Source: Octopus vulgaris
Taxonomy: Eukaryota
Direction: 5' to 3'
DNA: 64,000 bases
NCBI GenBank assembly: GCA_951406725.2
Contig: OX597831.1
Location: forward strand, 9,238,001-9,302,000
Of this stretch, positions 1-12,441 are shown one piece after another. Positions within the stretch are counted from its first letter, which is position 1, and the number at the start of each line of letters is the position of its first letter. The notes under the pieces are model-generated. The model had not been told where the DNA came from and made no database searches. It saw only the letters and a program-made list of their open reading frames with translations. The position numbers and the translations under genes are program-made.

Positions 1-204
1 TTCATGTGACAAAAAAACCAAAAACAAATCAAAATGAAAACATCAATGGCAAATAAACAGGAAATGCAGAAATAATATTTTCAAAAGATCCGCCACCTAA
101 ACCCACACCCAACAGCTAATTTGAATTGATATGTGTAAAATTATTTTCATCAATCAATAATTATATTTCTGAAGGAAGAAAAATAATTTAAATGAGCCAA
201 AGCA

Positions 205-453
205 ATCACAAATAAACAATGTGTTCAAAAAGTCTCTCCGCAGTATGTATTTAGAGGTTTCGGGTGATTCTTGTACACTAATCCTTTACTTGCTCCTCAG
301 GAAAAAAAAAGTCTGGTGGTGTTAAATCAGGTGATCTTAGTGGCCAAAGTCCCTTCGAAATAATCCGTTCACCGAAAAATTCTTGAAGTAGCACCGTTGT
401 GATGCGGAGGATGGAAAAAATCCACTGCGGTGAGAATTTCTGAACACCCTGTA
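205..453 (-). mobile_element. Internally deleted Tc1/mariner-superfamily DNA transposon remnant
   Basis: The minus strand starts TA-CAGGGTGTTCAGAAATTCTCACCGCAG (TIR-like, 453 downward). It then encodes GLWPLRSPDLTPPDFF (about 355-305) and KGLVYKNHPKPLNT, matching the WPPRSPDLTPxDFFLWGxxK C-terminal motif of Tc1/maT-type transposases. Frameshifted. Confidence 0.75.
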
Positions 454-649
454 CTCACTTTTGTAGTAGTTCTAAACAAATACAATTACTGTAATATAAT
501 CGGGACAACGTTTACATTGGTTTACTCTTTTACATGTTCCAATCGTTATACTGCGTCCATGCTGGAGTACTGCTAACACAACGCCAGAAGTCGGATCAAT
601 TACGCATGACAGCTCGTCCGACCATCTGACCATTCCAGTATTACACGTA

Positions 650-882
650 AGGCGGCGAGCTGGCAGAAACGTTAGCACGCCGGGCGAAATGCTTAGCGGT
701 ATTTCGTCTGCGTTATGTTGTGAGTTCAAATTCCGCCGAGGTCGACTTTGCCTTTCATCCTTTCGGGGTCGATAAATTAAGTACCAGTTACGCACTGGGG
801 TCGATGTAATCGACTTAATACCTATGTCTGTCCTTGTTTGTCCCCTCTGTGTTTAGCCCCTTGTGGGTAATAAAGAAATAAA
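650..882 (+). mobile_element. tRNA-derived SINE, family B, full length
   Basis: The head GGCGGCGAGCTGGCAGAA..GAGTTCAAATTCC has A/B-box-like motifs. It has a central GTCGACTTTGCCTTTCATCCTTTCGGGGTCGATAAA block (from recall, similar to the Meta/MESC SINE domain) and an A-rich tail. The same sequence recurs at 6844-7655 and 49140-49240. Confidence 0.85.
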
Positions 883-1097
883 TATTACACCATCTTAGGC
901 GTTACTTTTTCATGGATTCTGGAAATCTGAAGGGCAAAGTTGACCCCAGCTCATGTTGAACCCAGAACTCACTGCCGGAATAAAGTTACAAGTTATATAT
1001 TCCGTGGTTCTAACGAGTTTGACAATTCACCTCTTATTATAAGGTGTTCCCTTTATGACCATCCCACCTTTTTGTATATAACAGTATATGGCCCCCT

Positions 1098-1566
1098 GTA
1101 TCCGTGTGTTTCCCAACCACGTGGTTCCAAGTTCAGTTCCACTGCGTAGAAACGTGGGAAAGTGTCTTCTGTTATAGCCTCGGACCGACCAAAAACATTT
1201 GATTGGATATAGTAAACGGAAACTGAAAGAAGCCCGTCGTATATATTCACACACACACACATGCACCTGTGTGTGTGTGTGTTTGTATGTTTGTGTGTGT
1301 GTATATGCGTGTGTTTATGTCTGTTTTTATCTGCCACCAACCTCTTATCAACTGGTGTTGGTGTGTTTACGCCCCCGCGACTTAGCAGTTCGGCTAAAGA
1401 GGTTGGTGGCTAAAGAGACGAATAGAATAAGTACCATGCTTTAAAAAAATGAATGTTGTGGCGATCCTTTCCTAATCCTAATCCTAATCCTTTCAACTCA
1501 AAATTCTTCAAGGCAGTGCCCCAGCATGATCGCACTCTAACGAGTGGAGCAAGTAAAAGATAAAAG
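1098..1566 (+). mobile_element. tRNA-derived SINE, family A (diverged, internal microsatellite)
   Basis: Aligns by eye with the intact copies at 44996-45409 and 57681-58096: head ..GGAAACTGAAAGAAGCCCGTCG, a TA/CA/TG tract, then the 3' half ending AAGTAAAAGATAAAAG. Confidence 0.8.
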
Positions 1567-3899
1567 TTGCATGAACTGTAGGTATTTGTCTGCTTTTCCT
1601 AACAGAATCGATCGACCACGTAAAGGATCCCTGATATTGTAGTATTCAGTGGCTTATGACATGAACAATTCATAAGAACCAATATATCTATGCGTTCCAA
1701 GGCAGCTTGTTATGCAATTAATGTCCACCTTTGCTTGTCAGGGAAATGTAATTCATTTAGCAAAGCAAAACAGCCTGTTTTTCACCCCATCTAACACTGG
1801 GAAGGTCACCATCCTATCTCCGAAGAAAACAAGGTTAATGTGCAATCGTAGCAATAATCTGCGTGATTTGTTAATTTGCACTTTTGAGATTATAGAGTTT
1901 CTCGAAGAAAATAATGGAAGCTGTGATTTAGTATCAAGTGATAAACAGATACGTTGCATCTGCATAATGCTCTGACAAAATGACATAAATTGAAACAGCT
2001 TCTGGTAGCATCAGTGTACATGAACAAAGATATAATGAATATAATATAATACTTCCTTCACAGCCCTGGTCACAGTTGTGACACTGCATTAATTTGCCCC
2101 TTTCAATTAGAGTTAAGTTAGATAAATACAAGTGGTTGAACTGCAGCAACCTTCATTCTTAAAGTAATTAATTAGAATTCTCAAGGAATGATCAACTATG
2201 TTTAGCAGCTTTTTAGAGCCATGCTTACCACTAGAAGGTGTTAATTGCAATAGCTTGAAGGATAGTTTATAATTTACAGATGTTCAAACCGGGGATAATT
2301 AAGTGAATAAACTATGCTAATTCCTCGCAGACTAACACATTATCAATTCACGCAGTCCTGATTCTTTGCTGGAACGGCAAATATTTTTCTTGCTTCATCT
2401 CGAACATTCTACAGTTGCCACGAGACACAAACTTTTATTACTGGTTTCTTGCACTAATTATACAAAATGTTATGACAACTTCTTATTGTTAAATTGCCTG
2501 GAAATATGTGTTAGATATTGATTGGATGAGCACCCTTCTCATTATACTTGCAGCAACGAAACCATATTATTAAAATGAAAAAGCAATTTTCTCTGACGGT
2601 TTAGTCGTGAGGACTTTGTGAAAATTGTCTCATGTTAATTGTGAATATAAAGAAAAACATTTATCATAAATGTTTGAAAGTCTTTCAACCTGAAGCAAGT
2701 ATTTGTTTTATGCTTCCTTCACTCTCTCTCTCTCTGCCTTGATTTCTCTCTCACCTCTCTCTCTCTCTTCCATTTTTTTTATTCTTTGAATATGAAGGAA
2801 TTTGTAATTGTTGGTGCTGTAATCGTCATTATTCGTTCGCCAACATTTTTACTAAAACCAAGAAACTACTCACAGATGACGTATCGATTGTTTTGTTTTA
2901 TTTGCATAATTCTAAAGTCATGTTTTCTATAATCTATTCAGTTAACAATTACAACAGAAATGAATTTTAAAATATTACTTAAAATATTCCAAACGTTTCT
3001 GTCCATTTTCCATTGATAAGATCCGCGTTATAGACACACACAACGCTAGACGCACGAACGGTTCAAGCAAAATTAAGGATATCTTTTCCAATGTCTACAA
3101 TTGGAGTTGAAAAACCGTTTCTAACACGATTCTTACAATTCGGAATGGTGTATAAACCCTCTTATTGCTTCGATTAAGGAAAGCTCAGGAAGACAGCCGT
3201 AAAAGCAAGCATCACCCTGTGACCGTCTGTGTGCAGAATCAAAGCTGAAGACTTCCAGTAGCATCTTCTACCTTTATCCATCGCATCTTTCCCTGTCGCC
3301 ATTCGAATTACGAAGAAAGTGTAACGGTGTTGGTACTGATGTCTTGGTTTGCGGAACAACCGGCACAATTGAATTGTATTAGAATGGGCTTGGTTTGTGC
3401 AGAGCCAGTCTCACACTTTTGTCCTTCAAACTTGTGTTGGTCTGGTGCAACAAGTGTCACGAACCTGGTTGCTATCAGGATCCGGGATTTGCAAGGACTT
3501 ACCGTTTCTTATACGAGCAGCTAAAGAGCTGAAGGGATTCACCTACCCAGGATCTTTTGGTGGGTCTGTGAGTACCTCTTTCCAGAGACAGTTCCGTGAC
3601 ATACGTACTAACTCATAGGTGAGACCCTAGATGGCACTACTACTCCGAGTCAGTGCAGACTGGGGCATATAATAGTTAAGAGGTGGTTCCACACTCCTTT
3701 AAACCTCGGAACCACAGAACCAAGGCCCCGGTGTCGGATGCTAGCAATGAAGAAAATCGCAAAAGACCGAAAAATTATATTTCCGTCCATGACTTAAGAC
3801 AAAAATGTTGGTTAGATTACGAACCCTACCGTTTGATTTCTGTTCCTTCGATTTGTGTTAGATGTGAGTAGCTTCAAAACTGATATGTTTTCTGGCTTC

Positions 3900-4104
3900 G
3901 ATCATTAGATAGCAGCCATGGAGAGGCATTGGCTTCATGGATTTACGGATCAAGTTAATCTTAATACTTAATTTTCAAGTTTAGGACTTTTTTTTTCTTT
4001 TATTGCTACACCGATAAGTTATGGCAACGCAAACAGATCAACGCCATTGGATAAATCGTTTTGAAGGAAACACAAAAACGTACACACACAGAGACAGAGG
4101 CATA

Positions 4105-4179
<75 letters not shown>

Positions 4180-4248
4180 TTGTGTTTGTGTATGCGAATG
4201 TATGTATGTGTGTATGCATGTATGATTCTATGTATGTATCTATATATT

Positions 4249-4294
<46 letters not shown>

Positions 4295-4485
4295 ATATGT
4301 ATATGTCCATGCGGACAGACTTCCGTACAGTTTCTAACTACGAAACTTACTGACAGACATTCCAATCCCGGAATCGTAAATGGTAAAAGAGAGTTGGCCA
4401 AGGCACAGCCATGCAGTAAGGGTGGATTCGAACCTACGTGATTTCGAAGTGAACACCTTAACCCCACAGCTAGTCTTACGCCTAT
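3900..4485 (-). mobile_element. Degenerate family A SINE with expanded internal (TA)n
   Basis: A degenerate 3' half (3900-4065) and head (4312-4485, GGATTCGAACC B-box complement) flank about 220 bp of TA/TG repeats. Confidence 0.55.
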
Positions 4486-5150
4486 AAATAAAACATTTTC
4501 ATGAACTTTTATGTAATTCAAACGATGTCTGTGGACCTATCCACCATTTTCCCATAATGTCTTTTAATGGTAAAGACCCTTCTATAAACTCTATGGCACA
4601 AATTGATTCTTGGTGCCAATGTCTTCATGTTCCATTCTTTTATGTTTCTCCTTGTCTTTGTACTAAACTTAAACCACAAAAATATTCTTTGGGTGAGTAC
4701 AGATGATTGGATTGGGTATGATACGATATTGGCGTATGATCGGTAGATAAATAATTGAAATAAAATAAAAATATTGAATTAATAAAAGGGAAAAAGACGA
4801 TGGCATCATTCAGTCGGAACCATTTATAAACCGAGGAATAAATGTTGCGTGAGAATATTTATGGATGAGCATAATTTTGAATTGGAGAAAATGATGAACT
4901 ACCGTATTTTATTGTGCACAATACTGATTTTGTGTTTTCCTGGGGCTCTGAGTTGATTGATGTCTGCGAAGACCTTTATTGTCTCTCTCTCGCTCTCTTT
5001 CTCTCTCTCTCTCTCTCTGACAGGATTGCGTACGAAAATCAAAACAGTATCACAAAAACAACAGCTAAAAAGAAAACGATGTATATGTACATGTACATAC
5101 GTACATCCACACACACACACATATATATACACACATACACACATAAATAC

Positions 5151-5220
<70 letters not shown>

Positions 5221-5232
5221 GTATACACATAT

Positions 5233-5288
<56 letters not shown>

Positions 5289-5624
5289 TTATATTTATAT
5301 ATATATATATACACACGCATATATCTATACAGAAATACAAAAAGAAAGATTATTTTCCAACATTCATAACGAACGTAGAAAGCGAAATCCTTTCTGATTA
5401 CATTTCGCATCTCGTCTGCAGAAGCCATTTCTCTGCCACAATCAACAACAGCAGATATTGTCTCCATTATGCAATAAAATAAGTTTTAAACCGGGATAAT
5501 TTCTATTATTTCGATTTCTATTCAACTTTTATGCATTTAGTGCCTAAAGGCTCCACAGTTGTTCTTTTCCTAATGTTGTAATGCATAAAACCCGCCATCT
5601 TGAAGATTTAGGATCTGGGAATTA

Positions 5625-6060
5625 TACACATATCTACATAATACATACATACATACATACACAGATACATACATACATGCATAGATACACACACACACAC
5701 GCACAGATATATAAATACGTACGTACATACATACAATACATACACACATATACATATATATAATATATATACATACATACATGCATAGATACACACACAC
5801 ACGCACATATATATAAATACGTACATACATACAATACATACACACACATATATATATATATATATACATACATACATAAATGCATAGATACACACACACA
5901 CGCACAGATATATAAATACGTACGTACATACATACAATACATACACACATATACATATATATACATATATATATACATACATACATACAGACATACATAC
6001 ATGCACACATACACACACCCATCCACCCACCCACCCACACACACACACATATATATATAT
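5625..6060. repeat. Compound CATA/CA/TA microsatellite with a ~100-bp higher-order unit repeated three times
   Basis: The unit ATGCATAGATACACACACACACGCACA(G/T)ATATATAAATACGTAC..CAATACATACACACATA recurs at about 5677, 5781 and 5880. Confidence 0.85.
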
Positions 6061-6843
6061 AGGTATGTATGCGTGAATATATGCGCAGTAAACGACTTGG
6101 GAAGAATTTGTAAGGTGAAAATATATTGATAAGATTAAAGCATGGCAGGACATACTACTTCAAAGCAATTGAAAGATTAATGATCTACATTTCCATAATG
6201 GAATTGTGGAATTTATTATGCTATATACCAAGAAACGGAGATGTTGCTAAGCTCTGAGATTGGGCGGTATTGATCCCCTTCTTTGCAATCGATTCACAGA
6301 AATAAATTACTCAGTATTTGGTGCGATGTGTGGATAAATCTTTTGTCGAGAAGTAGACGGACATCAGAGAAACAGTTAAAAGGAGGACCGCCATAGCGGT
6401 CTTATGAGTAACAATGCAAGAGGACACCCTTGGGATGTAGTCAGACAGAAACCAACGAAATTTCAGTTGAATACTGATATATTTGGCGCTTAAAACCTCT
6501 GGGATTGGTTTTTTTCTCAAAATATTTAAGGCTAGAGTGATGACTTACCAGTTTCGTTAAATATAAAATCGATTTGTCCAATTGTAGAGACATGTAGCAT
6601 AAACGACCGTTTATGCAGCATGTGAAATGGTAAAAATGCAATAACAAAAGCAATGACTTAAAAATGTGCAAAATTATTGTAAAATTGAGAGAAGGGCTTA
6701 GGATTTGCTCAATGTCGAATGTATTACGAACGTTTCTGACACACTCTGGATCCATTTACGGTAAGTTTTTAAAAATTTTAGAAAATATATCGAGAGGTTG
6801 ATACCCACAATGGTTGGGTTTCATTGAATTTATAGTCATAAAT

Positions 6844-7240
6844 ATTGGTTTTAAGTTTTAGCACAAGGCCAGCAAGTTCAGGAGTGGTGGTCAGTCAATT
6901 TCATCGATTCCCAATGCTCAACTGGTATTTATTTCATCGATCTCGAAAGGATGAAATGCAAAGTCGACCTCAGAGGAATTTGACCTTAGAATGTAAAGGC
7001 GGGCGAAATACCGCTAAGCTTTTTTGCCCGGCGATCTAACGATTCTTTAAACATTAAAAATATTGATTTAGAATTTTGATGGAGGACCAGAAATTTTTGG
7101 GGAAAGGAACTCTATTATATTGACCCCAATGGTCAGCTGGTTCTTATTTGTTCGATCTCGAAATGATGAAGGCCAATCTTGACTCCGGCGGATTTTGAAC
7201 TCAGAACGTCAAGTCGGAAGAACTGCCAGCTCACCACTTC
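6844..7240 (-). mobile_element. Two degenerate family B SINE copies in tandem
   Basis: CGAAAGGATGAAATGCAAAGTCGACC (about 6945-6970) and CGAAATGATGAAGGCCAATCTTGACTCCGGCGGATTTTGAACTC (about 7159-7202) are reverse complements of the family B core and B-box. Confidence 0.7.
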
Positions 7241-7251
7241 CGATAGTAATA

Positions 7252-7655
7252 AATACTCTTTTCTACTCTAGGCACAAGGCCCGAAATTTTGAGGGAGGGG
7301 GCTAGTGGATTAGATCGACCTCAGTACGAAACTGGTGCTTAATTTACCGACCCCGAAAGGATGAAAGGCAAAGTCGACCCAGCCGGAATTTGAACTCACA
7401 ACGTAAAGACAGACAAAATACCTATTTCTTTATTGCCCACAAGGGGCTAAACATAGAGGGGACAAACAAGTACAGACAAACGGATTAAGTCAATTACATT
7501 GACCCCAGTGTCTCACTGATACTTAATTTATCGACCCCGAAAGGATGAAAGGCAAAGTCGACCTCGGCAGAATTTGAACTCAGAACGCAGCGGCGGACGA
7601 AATGCTACAAAGCATTTCGCTCGGCGTGCTAACGATTCTGCCAGCTCGCTGCCTT
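7252..7655 (-). mobile_element. Family B SINE dimer: full copy 7423-7655 joined to a head-truncated copy 7252-7422 with a different tail
   Basis: Two copies of the GACCCCGAAAGGATGAAAGGCAAAGTCGACC core. The minus-strand junction reads ..AATAAAGAAATA|GGTATTTTGTCTGTC. Confidence 0.85.
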
Positions 7656-7799
7656 CTGATAATAATAAATATTAACAAGTAAAATACTGAAAACTCCTCG
7701 GATAGAAAAATTCGGGGTCTAGTCACAGGCTTTATTCTGTCCAAAGGGTTTTTATCACAAGATTCTACCCGCTAACAGGTGTATGCATGTATGTATGCG

Positions 7800-7930
7800 C
7801 AGGGACGTGGAAACACCTGGGTTGGTGCCCAGGCGCGCAGATGACCCACTGGGTGTGGGTGACCCCTTCTTTTGTTGTCACAACATCTCTCTAGGAGAGG
7901 AAAACTCTGAGAGAAAACCTGTGACACTGA
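7800..7930 (+). mobile_element. Possible RTE LINE 5'-UTR remnant
   Basis: CAACATCTCTCTAGGAGAGGAAAACTCTGAGAGAAAACC resembles a motif I recall from RTE 5' UTRs. There is no ORF support. Confidence 0.3.
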
Positions 7931-8135
7931 CAATATTCGATAATGTAGACTAGTTCTTCTTTTCGAGTTTGTTGTCCATATTCAGAGAGTGGGATTGGAT
8001 CTGTGCAAATACTCTCCGCACCATAAACAAAATCATCTTTCACAGGCATCGTTTGAAAAATAAAAAGGTCGTAAGGTTCGAATGTGTGAAATCAGGCGAT
8101 AGCAGTACTCGAACACGAGTTTGCAGCCATCATAT

Positions 8136-8213
<78 letters not shown>

Positions 8214-8249
8214 ATATGCATATATGTATGTATATATATAGGGAGAGTT

Positions 8250-8333
<84 letters not shown>

Positions 8334-9878
8334 TACATATATATATGTATGTATATATATATATATATATGTATATAAGGATTTTCATCGATTGTTCTTG
8401 TGACAATGTTGCAATAAATTACAATATGAAGATGCGTATTATAAGAAAGGTATACATTGGCGGTAATGCAAGACGTGTTCGGCATTCGTAAGTGTTGGAG
8501 ACTGTACCACTTCTTCCCACTCGGTTTAATGGGTCTTCCTCACGAACGAAAAGACTGTCCCAGCATTGTCTTACAGCTGCAACACATTTATATGTTAATA
8601 CAATATCACAATACAGCGAGTAGAAAGACAATTAAATGCTATGCGGCGCTAATACACTAATGTACAAAACTTTGGTTTAACTACGTTTTATAACTATCGA
8701 TATTGCTGTTCTAGCTGAACCAGAACACTATCGAACCGAATCATATTAATCAATTTAAGCTCTAATACAGATCAATTAATTTCTTAATATAATTTTAACA
8801 TGATTGAAATGTAATTACAGGCTTAACACAGTTTAATATAATTATGTCATCACTCCGACACGTAATGCCGTTGTGAGTCGTCTATAATGGCTCGGCTTAT
8901 CTTTCCTCTCATTTGCTGAGACAACATTTCGGTCAGCAATTAACTCTGGAAGCACTATGTCTCTGTAGTTTTAGTCTGGAACTTTTCTTTGAATGGGTTA
9001 CAGAGAGAAAGAAGGGCAGCGCCGACAGATCTCTCCACGGAATCTAGACGAGATGGGACAGAAAGACCGTCCACTCACCAGAGTAACGTTGGTGAAAGTC
9101 ACTCAAGGCATATTTGGGAAAGTTAAACGGGGAGAGAGATAGCTTATCGGCGCGAGAATGGAATCAGCCCATTCGAGAAGCTTTTGCAAAGTTCCTTTTT
9201 ACCGAATTTCATTCAGAAAGTATTAATCGACTCGACTGAGATTATGGATGGGAGGAGACCAGTGATCGAGATGGTGTCGCTGTGGAATCGAAACAGAAAT
9301 AATATAATTGTGAAGTTGGAATGTCTCATTCAAAAGCGGCATGTCTTTGGTTATGGAATGGTATTACAGTGGAAATACAGTGAAATCCCACGCTACAGAT
9401 AGAAGGTAAAATGTCAAAGGCATACATATATATATATATATACACACATACATACGTACTTACGTTCGTACATACATACATACACACATACATACGTACG
9501 TGCGTTCGTACATACATACATACGTACGTTCGTACATACATACATACACATACATACGCACGTTCGTATATACATACATATATGTTTCTGGGCAAGTGTG
9601 TATGTGTGTGTACGTGCCTCTCTCTCCCTCTCTTTTTGTATATACGCCCACACACACACACACGTACACAAATGCGCATCCTCGGGTGATCAGAGTCAAA
9701 GCAGTGCTGTATCATCTTCAGTTTCTCCATATTTTATAGACTCGCACCGAAATATTGTTTTTAGTATTCCTCTTACAAACAACAAGAAAGAAATACACTT
9801 TATGCACGCTATAAGGTTATCACCCAAATTACATTAATATATACACACATAAATATATGTATATGCATATATACGTAT

Positions 9879-10265
9879 GTCGTCGGCTCCAGCGCGTATC
9901 GGAACATTGGGTTCATCAGTTCCATCCAGTCTCCTCGGCTGATGTTTGTGTCGAAAGTGACATTAGAGTCCAAGTCGATGGTGAAAGAGTTGTGGGCAGA
10001 ATTCGCACAGGATAGTCGGGCAGGTTGAGAATATTGAAGACGCTCCTTTCCTGTCCTGTGTTTTACCTGCTCGTTCTGTTTTCTGTTCTGCTCGTGGGAG
10101 CTGGCTCTATTGCGGATAGCAGTCCTACAGGCTGTCCTATCCATGGCAGTCTGTTCCCATGAGCATGGCGAGATGTTAGCTTGAGCCATGGTCCGTTTGA
10201 GCTGGTCTTTAAAACGGAATTTCGGACCTCCGCAGGGTCTTGTTTCGACTGCAAGGTTTCCCCAT
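9879..10265 (-). mobile_element. RTE-clade LINE 3' end (5'-truncated)
   Basis: The translation GNLAVETRPCGGPKFRFKDQLKRTMAQANISPCSWEQTAMDRTACRTAIR matches the RTE RT C-terminus (GxRxxGxPxxRxKD..W...A.DR..WR). It is followed by a degraded Cys/His tail and ends in GACGAC repeats. Confidence 0.8.
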
Positions 10266-10691
10266 ATATATATATGGGGGCTGGTGACACAAACTTTCAT
10301 TCAAACTTTGAATTTCGTGGTACTGGTCATGCTTTGGCTCGCTCTGACACTGAGTTGAGATAATGCCTTCTAGTATCTCAAAATTTAATATACAATTATT
10401 CATAATTGTAGTATCCTGCGCCGATGAGAAAAGAAGTTTGGGTAAAGTAGAATTTTCTAATTCTTATGCTCTCCTAAAACTTGATTTCGAAACGTACGTC
10501 CGTAGGTAACTTAAAATTGTACGATAGATTGCCGTCATTTCATTCTTTCTTTCTTACCTGCCTGTGTTTGCCTTTCAGGTGCTGTGTTTTTACTGAGATA
10601 CCCCTTTTAGTAGAAGGAATAGCTATATCTCTTTGACTGCTATTTCTAAATTCGGTGTGTTGGTGAGGCAATTAGTTGCTAAACCCTTAAT

Positions 10692-10770
<79 letters not shown>

Positions 10771-10882
10771 TGTGTATGTATATATCTATGTATATATATA
10801 TATATGTATATATACATACATAAATACATACATATATATATGTATGTATATATACGTATATGTATATATGTATGTATGTATG

Positions 10883-10957
<75 letters not shown>

Positions 10958-11374
10958 TCAGCTTAGCTACAGTGATAACATCAAATAGCATAGAGACATA
11001 GAGTGGTGCAGCAAAAAGAAAATAGAAAAATAGAAAGAAGGCATCCAACAGAATATCGTTGATCAAGTTAAAGAGTAACAGAATTTGATGAAAAGTTGAT
11101 ATCGATTTCTTTAATAATAATAATAATATATATTTGGTCGCCTTCTGATACATGTTTTAAGTAATAAGAAGGGGAGAAAAAAAAATACTCGCCGAAAGAT
11201 GCGACAAAAGAGAATTTGCAGTTTCCACCAAATTAGGTATCGTTCAACCGTAGTGGAACCGGAACTACGAACGCTCTACCTGTCTGTCTACCTGTCTGTT
11301 TCTCTCTCTCTTTCCATCTCTCTCTCTCATTCTCTTCCGCTCTGTCAGTCATATTGTATATATTTTGTTACAGC

Positions 11375-11595
11375 CTATTCTTTTCTTAGTTCCAGTCATT
11401 AGACTGCGGCCATGTTGGAGCACTGTCTTGAAGAATTTTAGTTGAATAAAATCGATCCCAATTTTTGCTTTTTTTTTTTAAAGCCTGCTACGTATTCTAT
11501 CTGTTTCTTTTGCCGAACCGCTAATTTACGGGGAGGTAAATATGGCAAAACAGATAGAAATACACACATATACAAACATAAAAAACATAGATACA

Positions 11596-11634
<39 letters not shown>

Positions 11635-11875
11635 GCACATAAACTCACTCATTACACATTTATATATATATACTGACGCCATGATAGATCGTTAGCCACT
11701 ACACACATTTTTTTCTCTCCTTGTTTTTTTCTGTGTCCCTTTCTGTAGAAGAGCGTAGGCTCGAAACGTAAAAGACTTTTTTCTATTCCTGAGCGTTATA
11801 CTAATACATCTGTTTGTTTTGTACACCACCTGTCTTCGTCTTTTGTTTTTTTCGGAAAATATATTTTTTTTTCGG

Positions 11876-11935
<60 letters not shown>

Positions 11936-12090
11936 TATATATGACAGGCTTCTTTCAGTTTCCGTGTACCAAACCCACTCACAAGGCGTTGGTCAGTCTG
12001 AGAATATCGTAGAAGATCCTTGCTCAAGGTGCTGCACAATGGGACTGAAACTAAAAGCGTGTGGTTGGAAAGGGGACTTCTTATTACATA
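11375..12090 (-). mobile_element. Family A SINE interrupted by a Penelope-like repeat inside its internal microsatellite
   Basis: The 3' half lies at 11375-11545 and the head at 11941-12090 (GACAGGCTTCTTTCAGTTTCCG..). An unrelated repeat (11672-11880) sits between them in TA/CA tracts. Confidence 0.75.
11672..11880 (+). mobile_element. Short Penelope pLTR-like repeat with a hammerhead-like motif, copy 1
   Basis: Near-identical to 14733-14887 and similar to 31495-31602. It contains CTTT-CTGTAGA-A-GAGC-GTAG-GCTC-GAAA-CG-TA-AAAG, has a T-rich 3' part and is flanked by (TA)n. Confidence 0.7.
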
Positions 12091-12149
12091 GCCTCTCTCT
12101 TTCTATCTTCCAATGATTTTATACATACATACATACATACATACATAGA

Positions 12150-12183
<34 letters not shown>

Positions 12184-12221
12184 CATAAACACACACACAC
12201 ACACACATACATACATATATA

Positions 12222-12441
12222 TACAAAATGGGACAAGAATGCAAAACATTCAAATATACGATACAAAAAACACGGACGGGTCATTCGAAGCCTTTAATCT
12301 TCAGTCAAGAATCGGATCATCCTCGCAATTTCGGGCGATTAATCTTGAGATTGCCCCAATCTGGCCAGCCCCAATCTGGCCAGCCCCAAGGGAAAACTAA
12401 GCTACGAGCATTAGATTTCTTGGAAAAAAGATCGAATGTAT
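12222..12441 (-). mobile_element. Unclassified short repeat (probably Penelope pLTR-like) with a permuted hammerhead-like motif
   Basis: The minus strand carries CTGAAGA, GAAA and complementary stems. There is a 15-bp tandem duplication of GCCCCAATCTGGCCA at 12353-12389. It is bounded by TATA. Confidence 0.5.

Noticed and set aside
1700-2620. Possible hAT transposase remnants
   Set aside because: Only vague similarity, on inconsistent strands, and no TIRs found.
8980-9230. Possible CR1/Jockey RT remnant on the minus strand (FAKA.., GSV..)
   Set aside because: Too degraded to call without a profile search.
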